From assembly GCA_044447665.1 (NCBI GenBank), contig JBIOGB010000021.1, forward strand, positions 2,403 to 66,402: DNA of 64,000 bases. Reading direction: 5' to 3'. The DNA is from Candidatus Acidiferrales bacterium. Its GTDB lineage: Bacteria; Acidobacteriota; Terriglobia; Acidiferrales; UBA7541. The translations under genes and the position numbers were made by a program. The notes under the pieces are model-generated. The model searched no databases and was not told where the DNA came from. It saw only the letters and a program-made list of their open reading frames with translations. Below are positions 1-8,863 of this stretch, piece by piece. Each line of letters opens with the position of its first letter. Within the stretch, counting starts at the first letter, position 1.

Positions 1-1
1 G

Positions 2-1960
2 ACGGTTCGCCTGAACGGCATTGAGTTCACCGTGATTGGCGTCGCACCGGAATCCTTCCCCGGGATGCTAATATTCGGGCATCCCGACTTCTACATGCCG
101 CTGGCGATGGCGCGGGTGTTTTCGACCGACCGCCAGAAGAATTTTTTCGAGGACCGCGACGATCGCGAGTTGCTTGTAAGGGCGCGCTTGAGACCGGGCA
201 CGACGCTGCAGCAGGCGCGGATTGAACTGGCCGTGCTCGCAAAAAATTTCGAAGGCGAGTATCCGAAGGTCAATCGCAGCCGCGGCGCGGCGGTACACAC
301 CCAGTTCGAAATGCGGACTCGAGAGGACGACGCTAATTGGAAATTCGGCGTGATCTTTGTGATCCTTGCGCTGGCGGTCCTGCTGGTGGCTTGCACCAAC
401 GTTGCGGGACTTCTTTTGAGCCGTGCCCGCGCGCGAAAGCGCGAAATCGCTGTACGGCTGGCGATTGGCGCCGGGCGTTTCCGGCTCATCCGGCTGCTGT
501 TGACGGAAAGCCTGATTCTGGCGTCCTTGGGTGGATTGGCCGGGATTGCCATCGGGTACGGCGTCGTACAGTGGTTCCACACTAAACAAAGCATAATATT
601 TCAGACCGAGTTGCCGGTCTCGATCCCTTTCCAGATGGACACGCGCGTGCTGCTGGCAAGCCTCGCGTTGTCCGCCTTGAGCGCGCTCCTTTGCGGCCTG
701 GCGCCGGCGCTGCAGAGCACGCGCGTGGACCTGGTGAACGGACTCAAGTCGGCCGACGTGGATGTGCCCGGACGCAAGCGCCTGTGGGGCCGGAATGTGC
801 TGGTGGTGGCGCAGGTTTCCACGTCCCTGATGCTGCTGACGGCGTCTTTCCTGATGGTGCGGGGTTTCCAGCATAGCCTGCTGGATGGAACCGGTTTCGC
901 GAAAGACCATCTGCTGATGACCAGCTTCGATCCGCGCCTGATGCAGTACAACGCAGCTCAGACGCAGCAGTTCTATAAGCTGCTGGCCGAACGTGTACGG
1001 GAAGCGCCCGGAGTTCAGAGCGAGGCTCTCACGCAGAACGTTCCGTTTGGGCAGGACGACTTTGACGGCGTGGCGTTCGTGCCGGACGGCTTCCAGATGC
1101 CGCGCGATCGCGAGAATTTTAATTCGACGATGGATACGGTGGATGAAGGATACTTCGAGACGATGGGGATTCCGATTTTGCGCGGCCGCGGCTTCCTGGC
1201 GTCCGATACCGCGGAGGCCCCGCGTGTCGCCGTCGTGAATCAGCAGCTCGCGAATCACTATTGGCCGGGCGCCGATGCGGTGGGCAAACACATCCGGCTC
1301 GATAGCCGCACCGGGACGCTGGTTGAGATTGTAGGCGTCGCGCAGACCATCAAGTATCAAGGGGGCACCGAAAAGCCGATGGATTTCGTGTATATGCCGC
1401 TGGCCCAGCATCCTGTCGCGCGAATGGTCCTGATGTTGCGCTCGAGCGGCGATCCGCTGCAATTGGTCAAGTCCGTGAAGGACGTTGTCCGGACCCTCGA
1501 TCCGAACCTGCCGATGTTGCAGACGAGGTCTTACGAGGATTTATACGTGAACCAAGCCATAAAAGGGCCACGGATTGCGATGGACCTGGTGGGTAGCATG
1601 GGCGTAGTTGGCCTCCTTCTGGCCATCGCCGGTTTGTATGGACTGGTGGCGTACAACGTGAGCCGCAGAACCCGCGAGATCGGCATACGCATGGCCCTTG
1701 GCGCGGGAAGCTCGGACGTGCTGCGGTTGATGATGGGCAAGGGCCTCGTGCTGGTGGGTATTGGAACGGTGATCGGGCTGGCGATGGGTTTCGGCGTCGA
1801 GCAGCTCATGAATTCGATGCTGTTCAATGCCGGAGGAGTCGACATTGTGGCTTATATCGTCGTCGTGCCGTCGCTGTTTCTGGTGACCATCCTGGCGGCC
1901 TACGTGCCCGCGCGAAGAGCGTCAGGGATTTCGCCGACACAGGCGCTGCGATACGAGTAG
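2..1960 (+). CDS. ABC transporter permease, ADOP/MacB-FtsX family (5'-truncated by window edge)
   Basis: Frame open from position 2. Two FtsX-type TM blocks with 'LLVACTNVAGLLLSRARARKREIAVRLAIGA' and 'YNVSRRTREIGIRMALGA', C-terminal 'PARRASGISPTQALRYE'. Confidence 0.92.
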   Translation, partial: TVRLNGIEFTVIGVAPESFPGMLIFGHPDFYMPLAMARVFSTDRQKNFFEDRDDRELLVRARLRPGTTLQQARIELAVLAKNFEGEYPKVNRSRGAAVHTQFEMRTREDDANWKFGVIFVILALAVLLVACTNVAGLLLSRARARKREIAVRLAIGAGRFRLIRLLLTESLILASLGGLAGIAIGYGVVQWFHTKQSIIFQTELPVSIPFQMDTRVLLASLALSALSALLCGLAPALQSTRVDLVNGLKSADVDVPGRKRLWGRNVLVVAQVSTSLMLLTASFLMVRGFQHSLLDGTGFAKDHLLMTSFDPRLMQYNAAQTQQFYKLLAERVREAPGVQSEALTQNVPFGQDDFDGVAFVPDGFQMPRDRENFNSTMDTVDEGYFETMGIPILRGRGFLASDTAEAPRVAVVNQQLANHYWPGADAVGKHIRLDSRTGTLVEIVGVAQTIKYQGGTEKPMDFVYMPLAQHPVARMVLMLRSSGDPLQLVKSVKDVVRTLDPNLPMLQTRSYEDLYVNQAIKGPRIAMDLVGSMGVVGLLLAIAGLYGLVAYNVSRRTREIGIRMALGAGSSDVLRLMMGKGLVLVGIGTVIGLAMGFGVEQLMNSMLFNAGGVDIVAYIVVVPSLFLVTILAAYVPARRASGISPTQALRYE

Positions 1961-2043
1961 TGCAGTTAGTTCGTGAACGCCAAATGCGCTACGCACGCTT
2001 GCCGAAAGCACGCCGGCGGGCGAGAAATCAAGGGACCTACGTG

Positions 2044-2060
2044 CCCCGACCCGGTCGGGG
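2044..2060. repeat. Palindromic element CCCCGACCCGGTCGGGG (copy 1)
   Basis: Inverted repeat around a central base. Near-identical copy at 2938-2954, both followed by TAAA. Confidence 0.6.
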
Positions 2061-2271
2061 TAAACGCCACCGGCATGTGGGGAACGCTGCGGGGGCCTGG
2101 AATCAGGGGATTGATCCTTGACAGGCTGTTGCGGCGAGGAGTAGCGTCTGGCGGAGTTGCAGAACGCGGTGCCCCTCGTCGAGACTTCCTGCACTTACTC
2201 TCGCTGGACACTGCGAGCTGTCAGAAAAAATCGGAGATTGCGGTTCAATCCCAGCTACGGAGGCACATACC

Positions 2272-2607
2272 ATGCGTATGCTGATGAAAGTGTCGTTGCC
2301 CGTGGAAGCAAGCAATGAGGTGTTCAAGTCCGGCACCTTTCCCAAGACAATGGAATCTATCCTGGCCGAGCAGAAGCCCGAGGCTGCGTACTTTTTTGCA
2401 AACGAGGGCAAGCGGGGCGGGTTTCTCGTCGTGAACATGAAAGATACTTCGGAAATACCGGCATTCGCTGAACCCTGGTTCCTTGCATTCAACGCGCACG
2501 TGGAATTTCACCCAGTCATGTCCGTTGAAGATTTGGCTCGAGCCACCCCAGCCATCGAGCAGGCGGTGAGGAAGTACGGGAGTCGCGCAGCTAAGGCTGG
2601 CGCCTGA
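2272..2607 (+). CDS. Small hypothetical protein, DUF3303/GYD-like ferredoxin fold
   Basis: GGAGG RBS upstream. 'KPEAAYF...GKRGGFLVVNMKDTSEIPAFAEPWF...VEFHPVM' resembles this family. Confidence 0.7.
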   Translation: MRMLMKVSLPVEASNEVFKSGTFPKTMESILAEQKPEAAYFFANEGKRGGFLVVNMKDTSEIPAFAEPWFLAFNAHVEFHPVMSVEDLARATPAIEQAVRKYGSRAAKAGA

Positions 2608-2889
2608 CACCGGAGGGTTAATCGAGGGTTCCGGCGGCGAGACTCTGGATGTCTTGTGCGGCGGATTCTTCGGTGCCGTTGAAACGGTAACGGTTCAGGT
2701 TATGTGCCGCACCTACGGCGCTTGCCTTTCTCTTTGCTAGATTTCCCAGCCCTGACGGGGTGGGTGTCCCAGTAGAAGACGCCGGGACGCAGACTGCGCG
2801 AACTTGTGGCGCGCCCATGGCGCTACACATCCGAGGCGTCCGGGCTTGTGGGGCGCAGCCCGCTGCGGCGGACGTCCCTTGTATCTTGG

Positions 2890-2975
2890 TGGCGAGGTGA
2901 ACTCACCTCTACAAGGGCAGGGGAGAAGATGGCGAGGTCCCGACCCGGTCGGGATAAATTCCCTCGCCTCTACAA
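2890..2975. repeat. Two tandem GTAG-type REP-like hairpins (TGGCGAGGT...CTC[A/G]CCTCTACA)
   Basis: Copies at about 2890-2913 and 2930-2974. The reverse complement begins TGTAG followed by a hairpin. The second copy carries an inserted palindrome in its loop. Confidence 0.6.
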
Positions 2976-3521
2976 AGAAATTCTCGAATCATTACTTTGC
3001 GTGGCGTCGTGGCGGACGCGGTAGGCCAGCCACGCGACGGTTGCGAACATGCCGATCCATCCGATATCGCGAGCGATGCCCCCAATCGTTCGATCGTGCT
3101 GCAAGACTCCCCACTGCGCGAACAACAAGCCCCAATCGTGTTCGCCGCCACCAAAGAGCGGCAGCGCTTGATCGCGGGCGTCGGACATGTAGGTGCCGAT
3201 GTAAGGAAAGTTTTCGAAAAACCAGAAGCCGCAAAAAGCAAATCCAGTGGTTTCGCGTTGAAAAAAGAAATAGGCCGCGCAGAGGAGCGGCACGAGGAGC
3301 TCCCCGAGGGTTCCGCCAAGAATCATAATGGTTTCGCCGAACCAGCTGAAAAACAGGTGCCCGCCTTCGTGAATCATCAGATTGACGTAATCGAGAAAGA
3401 GAAAGCCGCTGCGGTCAAGCGCGGCGTACAGGAGAAAGAGCGCATAGAAGCAAACCCAGCCAATTCCAGCGGCACGGGAAACAGGCTTCCATGCACCGAA
3501 GGTGTCTTCGAGAAAGGCCAC
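2970..3521 (-). CDS. Hypothetical membrane protein with HEGGH motif (metallopeptidase-like)
   Basis: 183 aa, several TM segments, 'NLMIHEGGHLFF' and 'GGGEHDW'. Confidence 0.7.
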   Translation of the reverse strand: MAFLEDTFGAWKPVSRAAGIGWVCFYALFLLYAALDRSGFLFLDYVNLMIHEGGHLFFSWFGETIMILGGTLGELLVPLLCAAYFFFQRETTGFAFCGFWFFENFPYIGTYMSDARDQALPLFGGGEHDWGLLFAQWGVLQHDRTIGGIARDIGWIGMFATVAWLAYRVRHDATQSNDSRISL

Positions 3522-3706
3522 TTCGCCAAGCGTAGCAAGCGGGATTCAGCGGGAAAAGGGGTTCGGAGAAAAGTGTTTCGATACAAGAAAGCAAGATGCC
3601 GGGCTCCCGACCGGGCCCCCGAGAGGCTCGGGGCAAGCGGGATGAATTCCGCCCGGCGCTACAAAAGCAGGAGCAAAAAGCAGCTTGTTAGGGAGCGTCG
3701 TGGCGG

Positions 3707-4690
3707 TTATTTGCCGATCACCGCCAGCGCCTCGTAAGCCGCGCCGAGAAGCGGAGCCGACTCGTTCAGCACGACGGTAACGGGAATCTTGCTGAGCAGT
3801 CCTTCGAAGTTCCCCTTGTCCTTGAAGGCGCGGAAAAATGCACCGTCCTTGATTTTTTCGAGAATCTTGACAGCGATGCCTCCGGCAACGTAAACGCCGC
3901 CCAGAGCAAGAACTTTCAGAGCGAGGTTGCCAGCTTCCGATCCGTAGATCGCTGTCCAAAGATCCAAAGTGTCCGCGCATACGCGGCAAGATTTCGCAAG
4001 ACCCTGGCGGGTGATTTCCGGCGCGGGGTCGGCGTCTGGATCGTCGAACGAAGGATGTTTGACTTCGGGCGCGAGAAATTCGTGGATGGTGCGGAATCCC
4101 CGGCCAGACAGAATGAGCTCCCAGCTCACATGCGGATGGCGGCGTCGCATGAAGCGAAGCAGCTCGATTTGCTGTTCGGTATGCGGCGCAAAGTCGGCGT
4201 GACCTCCTTCCGAAGGCGCGACTCGATAGCGCTCGCCATCCCACACGAGAAAGGACTGGCCGAGACCCGTACCCGCCGCGATCAAGGCGCGCGTACCGCC
4301 GGGTTCCGGTTTCCCTGGATTTAGCACGCAAAATTCCTCGGGTAAAAGGTGCTCAATGCTGTGCCCCGTGGCCCCCAGGTCATTCAAAAGCACAATGTGC
4401 GGCACATGGAGTTCTCTCGTGAGAGACTCCGCGTCGACAATCCAGGGAAGATTCGTGGCGCGAACCCGATTATTCAGCACGGGACCCGCTACGCCAAATC
4501 CCGCGGCAAGGATCCCATTGGAAGAGAGATGCGGCGCCGCTTGCCGCGAGAATTCCTTTACGATCAGGTCAAACTGCGCGAAGTCTTTGCTCGCAAAGCG
4601 CTGACGGAAGACAGGCGTGAGTTTGCCAGCACTCTCCGAAAAGAGCGCGAGATTGCACTTGGTTCCGCCGACGTCGCCTGCAAGAATCAC
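3707..4690 (-). CDS. glk: Glucokinase
   Basis: 'ILAGDVGGTK', 'GVAGPV', 'LLNDLGA', 'GTGLG', 'SEGGHADF', 'GGVYVAGGIA'. GTG start at 4690 inferred. Confidence 0.93.
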   Translation of the reverse strand: MILAGDVGGTKCNLALFSESAGKLTPVFRQRFASKDFAQFDLIVKEFSRQAAPHLSSNGILAAGFGVAGPVLNNRVRATNLPWIVDAESLTRELHVPHIVLLNDLGATGHSIEHLLPEEFCVLNPGKPEPGGTRALIAAGTGLGQSFLVWDGERYRVAPSEGGHADFAPHTEQQIELLRFMRRRHPHVSWELILSGRGFRTIHEFLAPEVKHPSFDDPDADPAPEITRQGLAKSCRVCADTLDLWTAIYGSEAGNLALKVLALGGVYVAGGIAVKILEKIKDGAFFRAFKDKGNFEGLLSKIPVTVVLNESAPLLGAAYEALAVIGK

Positions 4691-4726
4691 CGGTACCCCC
4701 TGTGCCTCTCCCCTGCAAAAACTCAA

Positions 4727-6244
4727 CTATGGTTGACGCCACGCGTTACCGTCACGTTCGAGCATGTGATCCGCTTCACGGGGGCCCCAGCTTCCCGCGG
4801 GATACTCGGGAACAGGGGCGCTTCGCGCGGCTGTCCATACGTCGAGGATGGGATCGAGGAGCGCCCAGGCCGCCTCGACGCTGTCCGCACGGTCGAAAAG
4901 CGTTGCATCGCCGCGCACGCAATCGTTCAAGAGAGTCGCGTAAGCGCTGCGCGTCGCTTCGCCAAATCCTTCCCGGTAACTGAAGTTCATCGTCACGTTG
5001 CCGATGTTCATCTCCGTCCCCGGCCGTTTGGCGCCAAAGGAAATGGAAATGCCTTCATCAGGCTGAATATTCAAGATCAAGCGGTTCGGTTCCACCTGCC
5101 GCCCGCGAAAAACGATATGCGGTGCTCGCCGGAATTGAATGACAATCTCGGTGGTGCGCTTGGCGAGGCGCTTGCCCGTGCGCAGGTAGAACGGCACACC
5201 GGCCCAGCGCCAGTTGTCGATCAGCAAGCGCGTCGCCACAAAAGTTTCCGTGCGAGAGTTTGGATTTACGCCCGGCTCCGCGCGATAACCCGGGACCCGC
5301 GTGCCGTCGATCTGTGCGGGTGCATATTGGCCGCGAACAACATATTGCGACACCATTTCCAGATCGAACGGCCGGATGGACTGCAGCACCTTCAGCTTCT
5401 CATTGCGGACGGCCGTCGCGTCGAACGATGCGGGGGGCTCGACGGCAACGAGAGAGGTCAGTTGCAATACGTGGCTCTGGATCATGTCCCGCAATGCGCC
5501 TGCCGTTTCGTAAAAGCCTCCGCGCCGCTCCACGCCCAGCGTCTCCGCAGCGGTAATCTGAACCTGGTCCACATAGTTGCGATTCCAAAGCGGCTCGAAG
5601 ATGCCGTTGCCGAAGCGCAGCACCAGTAAATTCTGAACCGTGTCCTTGCCGAGATAATGATCGATGCGATAGACCTGTTTTTCATCGAACACGTTTAAAA
5701 CGATTTTGTTCAGCTCTTTGGCTGAGGCCAAGTCGCGGCCGAAAGGCTTCTCAATAATAATCCGCACCCAGGAATTTGGCGAGGGCGGATGCGCCAGCCC
5801 GGCCCGCCCCAACTGCTCGACGATGTTGGGATAGACCTCCGGCGGCGTCGAGAGATAGAAGAGACGGTTCCCGCCGAGATTCCTGGCCGCTTCAAGCTCG
5901 GCGAGGCGGTTTGCCAGTCTCGCGTACGCTTCCTGATCCCCGTAATCACCGGCGCTGTAATAGAGATTGGAGGCGAACTCGCTCCAGCCCTTTGGATCGA
6001 TGGGCCCTACTTCGGAGATACTCTTGGCCGCATCGCCTGCGGTGGTCCGGAATGCCTCGTCGGTCATGGGCGTGCGGGCAAACCCCGCGACTGCATAGCG
6101 CGGCCCCAGGGAATTGTGCACAGCAAGATCGTACAGGGCAGGAATAACTTTGCGCTTGGCGAGATCTCCAGACGCGCCGAACAAAATTACCGCGCAGGGT
6201 TCCGCCACTCCGCCGTAGCCAGATCCGGAACGGTTATTATCCAC
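4727..6244 (-). CDS. zwf: Glucose-6-phosphate 1-dehydrogenase
   Basis: 'GASGDLAKRK', 'EKPFGRDL', 'RIDHYLGK', 'RWAGVPFYLRTGKRL'. Confidence 0.97.
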   Translation of the reverse strand: MDNNRSGSGYGGVAEPCAVILFGASGDLAKRKVIPALYDLAVHNSLGPRYAVAGFARTPMTDEAFRTTAGDAAKSISEVGPIDPKGWSEFASNLYYSAGDYGDQEAYARLANRLAELEAARNLGGNRLFYLSTPPEVYPNIVEQLGRAGLAHPPSPNSWVRIIIEKPFGRDLASAKELNKIVLNVFDEKQVYRIDHYLGKDTVQNLLVLRFGNGIFEPLWNRNYVDQVQITAAETLGVERRGGFYETAGALRDMIQSHVLQLTSLVAVEPPASFDATAVRNEKLKVLQSIRPFDLEMVSQYVVRGQYAPAQIDGTRVPGYRAEPGVNPNSRTETFVATRLLIDNWRWAGVPFYLRTGKRLAKRTTEIVIQFRRAPHIVFRGRQVEPNRLILNIQPDEGISISFGAKRPGTEMNIGNVTMNFSYREGFGEATRSAYATLLNDCVRGDATLFDRADSVEAAWALLDPILDVWTAARSAPVPEYPAGSWGPREADHMLERDGNAWRQP

Positions 6245-6299
6245 GGACTTGATCCCCCTGTTCTCGCGCGCGTATTCAACCGATCCAGTGGCTCAAAAA

Positions 6300-6911
6300 C
6301 TATACCTCAACACCGTGATTCCTCAGCTCGGAACGCAATTGCTCCGCGCTTTGATAGTGGATGACGTTCATCCCCAGCCGCCGCGGGCTTTCGAGATTCA
6401 AGGGCCGGTCATCAATGAAGATACATTGCTCCGCCGGGCGCTGCGTGACGCCAAGCGCCACACGAAATATCAACTCTTCCGGCTTGCGAGAGCCGACATA
6501 GCAGGAGCTGAAGAAAACTGCGAAATCGCGCCGAAGATGGAAGGCCTCGATGCGGTATTGATTGAGCTCCAGCGGCTCGTTGTTGATAGCGCCGATGAAG
6601 TATTTTCCCGAACTGGCGGCGGCATCGAGGATTGCGCGGGATTCGGGAAATTCCTTGGATTGCGCAAACATGAAAGCAGTGAATTCTTCGCGTGTAAAGG
6701 AGCGCGGGCGATAGAAGAGCGTGCGGTCGAGGTATTCATTCAAGCTGAGTTGGCCCGAATCAAAAGCTGGAAAAGAAAGTTCGTGGCGATCCTGGAACTC
6801 TTCCCAGTCCAAGTGGAACGCCTCCGCGGCCTGTTCGCGTAAAACCCTGTCCCAGCCATTCGTCAGAATAACTCCCCCAATATCCCAGAAGAGAGTTTCG
6901 ATCTCCGCCAT
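6300..6911 (-). CDS. HAD-family phosphatase
   Basis: 'FWDIGGV' motif I, 'RKPE' and 'FIDD' motifs. Co-oriented with zwf and glk. Confidence 0.88.
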   Translation of the reverse strand: MAEIETLFWDIGGVILTNGWDRVLREQAAEAFHLDWEEFQDRHELSFPAFDSGQLSLNEYLDRTLFYRPRSFTREEFTAFMFAQSKEFPESRAILDAAASSGKYFIGAINNEPLELNQYRIEAFHLRRDFAVFFSSCYVGSRKPEELIFRVALGVTQRPAEQCIFIDDRPLNLESPRRLGMNVIHYQSAEQLRSELRNHGVEV

Positions 6912-6965
6912 GTCTGCCAACCCTCCCGTCGCTTGGCTTTCCTTCTGTACCTGTTATCCGATGAG

Positions 6966-7125
6966 CCAGACGGCTCTACGGTTTCAACCGTGGCGGGATG
7001 CGCCCATCGCAAAACCCGGATACTCCGGCCGAAAGGAAACTGGCTGGGCCCCTTGCGGTTGGTGTTCCGGGACAAGTCTACCTTGTTCTTTCAAGTTTCA
7101 GGGCGGGCCGTGAAGCCGCAGCTGG
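6966..7125. ncRNA. Putative structured non-coding RNA (rod-like, 6S-sized, family unassigned)
   Basis: Nested complementarities: 6966-6981/7108-7125, 7001-7005/7101-7105, 7015-7020/7066-7071, 7025-7030/7042-7047, 7072-7076/7082-7086. Confidence 0.4.
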
Positions 7126-7195
7126 ACAGCGCCGACTAGGAAAATTGCCAAACTTGAAGTAAGGTGAAAAATAGCGTTGTTCCGAGGAGAGCAGA

Positions 7196-7528
7196 ATGGC
7201 TAATGATACTTGCGGCCCTGAGCCAGCAACGAACGAGCCGGTCAAGCCCGGCACGCGAATGGTCCACTGCGTGAAATTCGGGAAGGAAATGCCCGGCCTC
7301 GAACGCATTCCTTGGACAGGTGAGTTGGGCAAGCGCGTCTACGAAAATGTTTCGAAAGATGCGTGGAAGCTCTGGCTGGAGTATTCCAAGATGGTCATGA
7401 ATGAATACCGGCTGAATCCCCTCGACCCCAATTCCCAGAAGATCATGAGCGAACAGATGGAGCAATTTTTCTTTGGCGAGGGCGCAAAACTTCCCGAAGG
7501 TTACGTGCCGCCGAAGGCGAAGGGCTAG
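7196..7528 (+). CDS. yggX: Oxidative damage protection / Fe(II)-trafficking protein YggX
   Basis: 'RMVHCVKFGKEMPGL...GELGKRVYENVSKDAWKLWLE...MVMNEYRLN...MEQFFFG'. AGGAG RBS. Confidence 0.9.
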   Translation: MANDTCGPEPATNEPVKPGTRMVHCVKFGKEMPGLERIPWTGELGKRVYENVSKDAWKLWLEYSKMVMNEYRLNPLDPNSQKIMSEQMEQFFFGEGAKLPEGYVPPKAKG

Positions 7529-8838
7529 CTATCTGGCGCTGTAACACGGCGCGTGACAGGGTGTTCGACCGGCAGGCGGGTCGTCAACGTAAACTGCAGT
7601 TTGGCATGGGCTTGGCGCAACGCCGTCTCCGCCTCCTCCGGAGTTTTCCCCCGCGCAAAAATGAATCCGAGATAGCTCGATCCTTCGGGCCAAGCCGCGA
7701 TGTAATCGTGCAGCCGCGCGGTGATGTGCAGCTCCGCGATTCCAGGAGTCGCGCGCGCCGCCTCTTCACCTTCCACTTTTTCCAGGACACCGCTCTTCGG
7801 GACTGGAATCATCATCACGCCGGAAGAATATTGTTCGCGGGGCCAATCGCTGCCGGGCAGGCCGAGTGCATGGCGAAGCAGCATCTCTTCCAAGCCGATC
7901 GTCGCTCCGGTATCTTTCTCGCCGAATCGTAGCGCGCGCGCGCAGAGCCCTCCGATGGGACGCGGCGCAATTTCCAGCGGCCAGATTCCTTTCTCATTGA
8001 CACGAAATTCTGCGTGAATCGGTCCTTGCGACAAACCCAATGCGCGAACAGAACCAATGGTGCATTGTTCAATCGCGAACTGCTGCGGCGTGGACAGCCG
8101 GGATGGTGTTACGTAGATTGTCTCTTCAAAGTACGGACCTTCGAGAGGATCCGGTTTATCAAAAATGGCCAAAATCCGCAGTGAGCCATCGGTGAGCAGA
8201 CCTTCCACTGCCACTTCCCTGCCCGGAATGTACCCTTCGACGAGCATCTTATCGAGATGGGGTTCGCGGGTGGCCTGAATTTCGGGTGATTCGAGTAGCC
8301 GCCCAAGCCGATGGGCAGCCGCGAGAAATTCATCCCGGTTGTTGGCGCGCACCACACCCTGGCTCGCCGAAAGCGAGAGCGGCTTCAGAACACAGGGATA
8401 AGAAACTCCGGCAAGTGAAGGTTCGGGAGAAGGAGTGAGAGGCAAGGATCGAAACCACGGCACCAGGAAACCGGCATTGCGAAATACCTCGCGCATTCGC
8501 AGCTTGCTGCGGCAGGCTTCCATCGCAGCTGGATGGTTGTAGTGAATACCCAAACCGCGTGCGGCATAGGCAGCAGCAACGGCAGGCCGGTCGCCGAGAG
8601 CCAGAATCCCAGCTACCTCTTGTTTGCGCTGAGATTCCATAACCGCAAGTGCCGCCGCTTCGGGGGATTCGAAATGCACCGCAATGGCGAGGTCACCCCA
8701 CGGGTCCTCCAGTTGATGACACCGGTCGGTGACAAACACGAGTTCGACCCCCAGCTTCTCGGCGGCCTCGCCGAAGCTGCGGGTCTGATAACCCAGCTTG
8801 CTGGTGAAGAGCAGTAATCGTTTCTGTTGCGTAGACAT
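7525..8838 (-). CDS. ATP-grasp domain protein
   Basis: 'YPCVLKPLSLSASQGVVRA', 'LVEGYIPGREVAVEG', 'GPIHAEFR', 'LEIAPRPIGG'. Confidence 0.88.
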   Translation of the reverse strand: MSTQQKRLLLFTSKLGYQTRSFGEAAEKLGVELVFVTDRCHQLEDPWGDLAIAVHFESPEAAALAVMESQRKQEVAGILALGDRPAVAAAYAARGLGIHYNHPAAMEACRSKLRMREVFRNAGFLVPWFRSLPLTPSPEPSLAGVSYPCVLKPLSLSASQGVVRANNRDEFLAAAHRLGRLLESPEIQATREPHLDKMLVEGYIPGREVAVEGLLTDGSLRILAIFDKPDPLEGPYFEETIYVTPSRLSTPQQFAIEQCTIGSVRALGLSQGPIHAEFRVNEKGIWPLEIAPRPIGGLCARALRFGEKDTGATIGLEEMLLRHALGLPGSDWPREQYSSGVMMIPVPKSGVLEKVEGEEAARATPGIAELHITARLHDYIAAWPEGSSYLGFIFARGKTPEEAETALRQAHAKLQFTLTTRLPVEHPVTRRVTAPDS

Positions 8839-8863
8839 TACGGAAGAGCCGTACTCAGGTTAC

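Noticed and set aside
6945-7050. SRP RNA or SAM-I riboswitch (fragments CCGAAAGGAA, TTATC...GGGA...GCCC)
   Set aside because: The SRP domain IV motif (CAGG...GGAAGCAG) and the SAM-I core (GCAACC, GGTGC) are not present. Left as an unassigned structured RNA.
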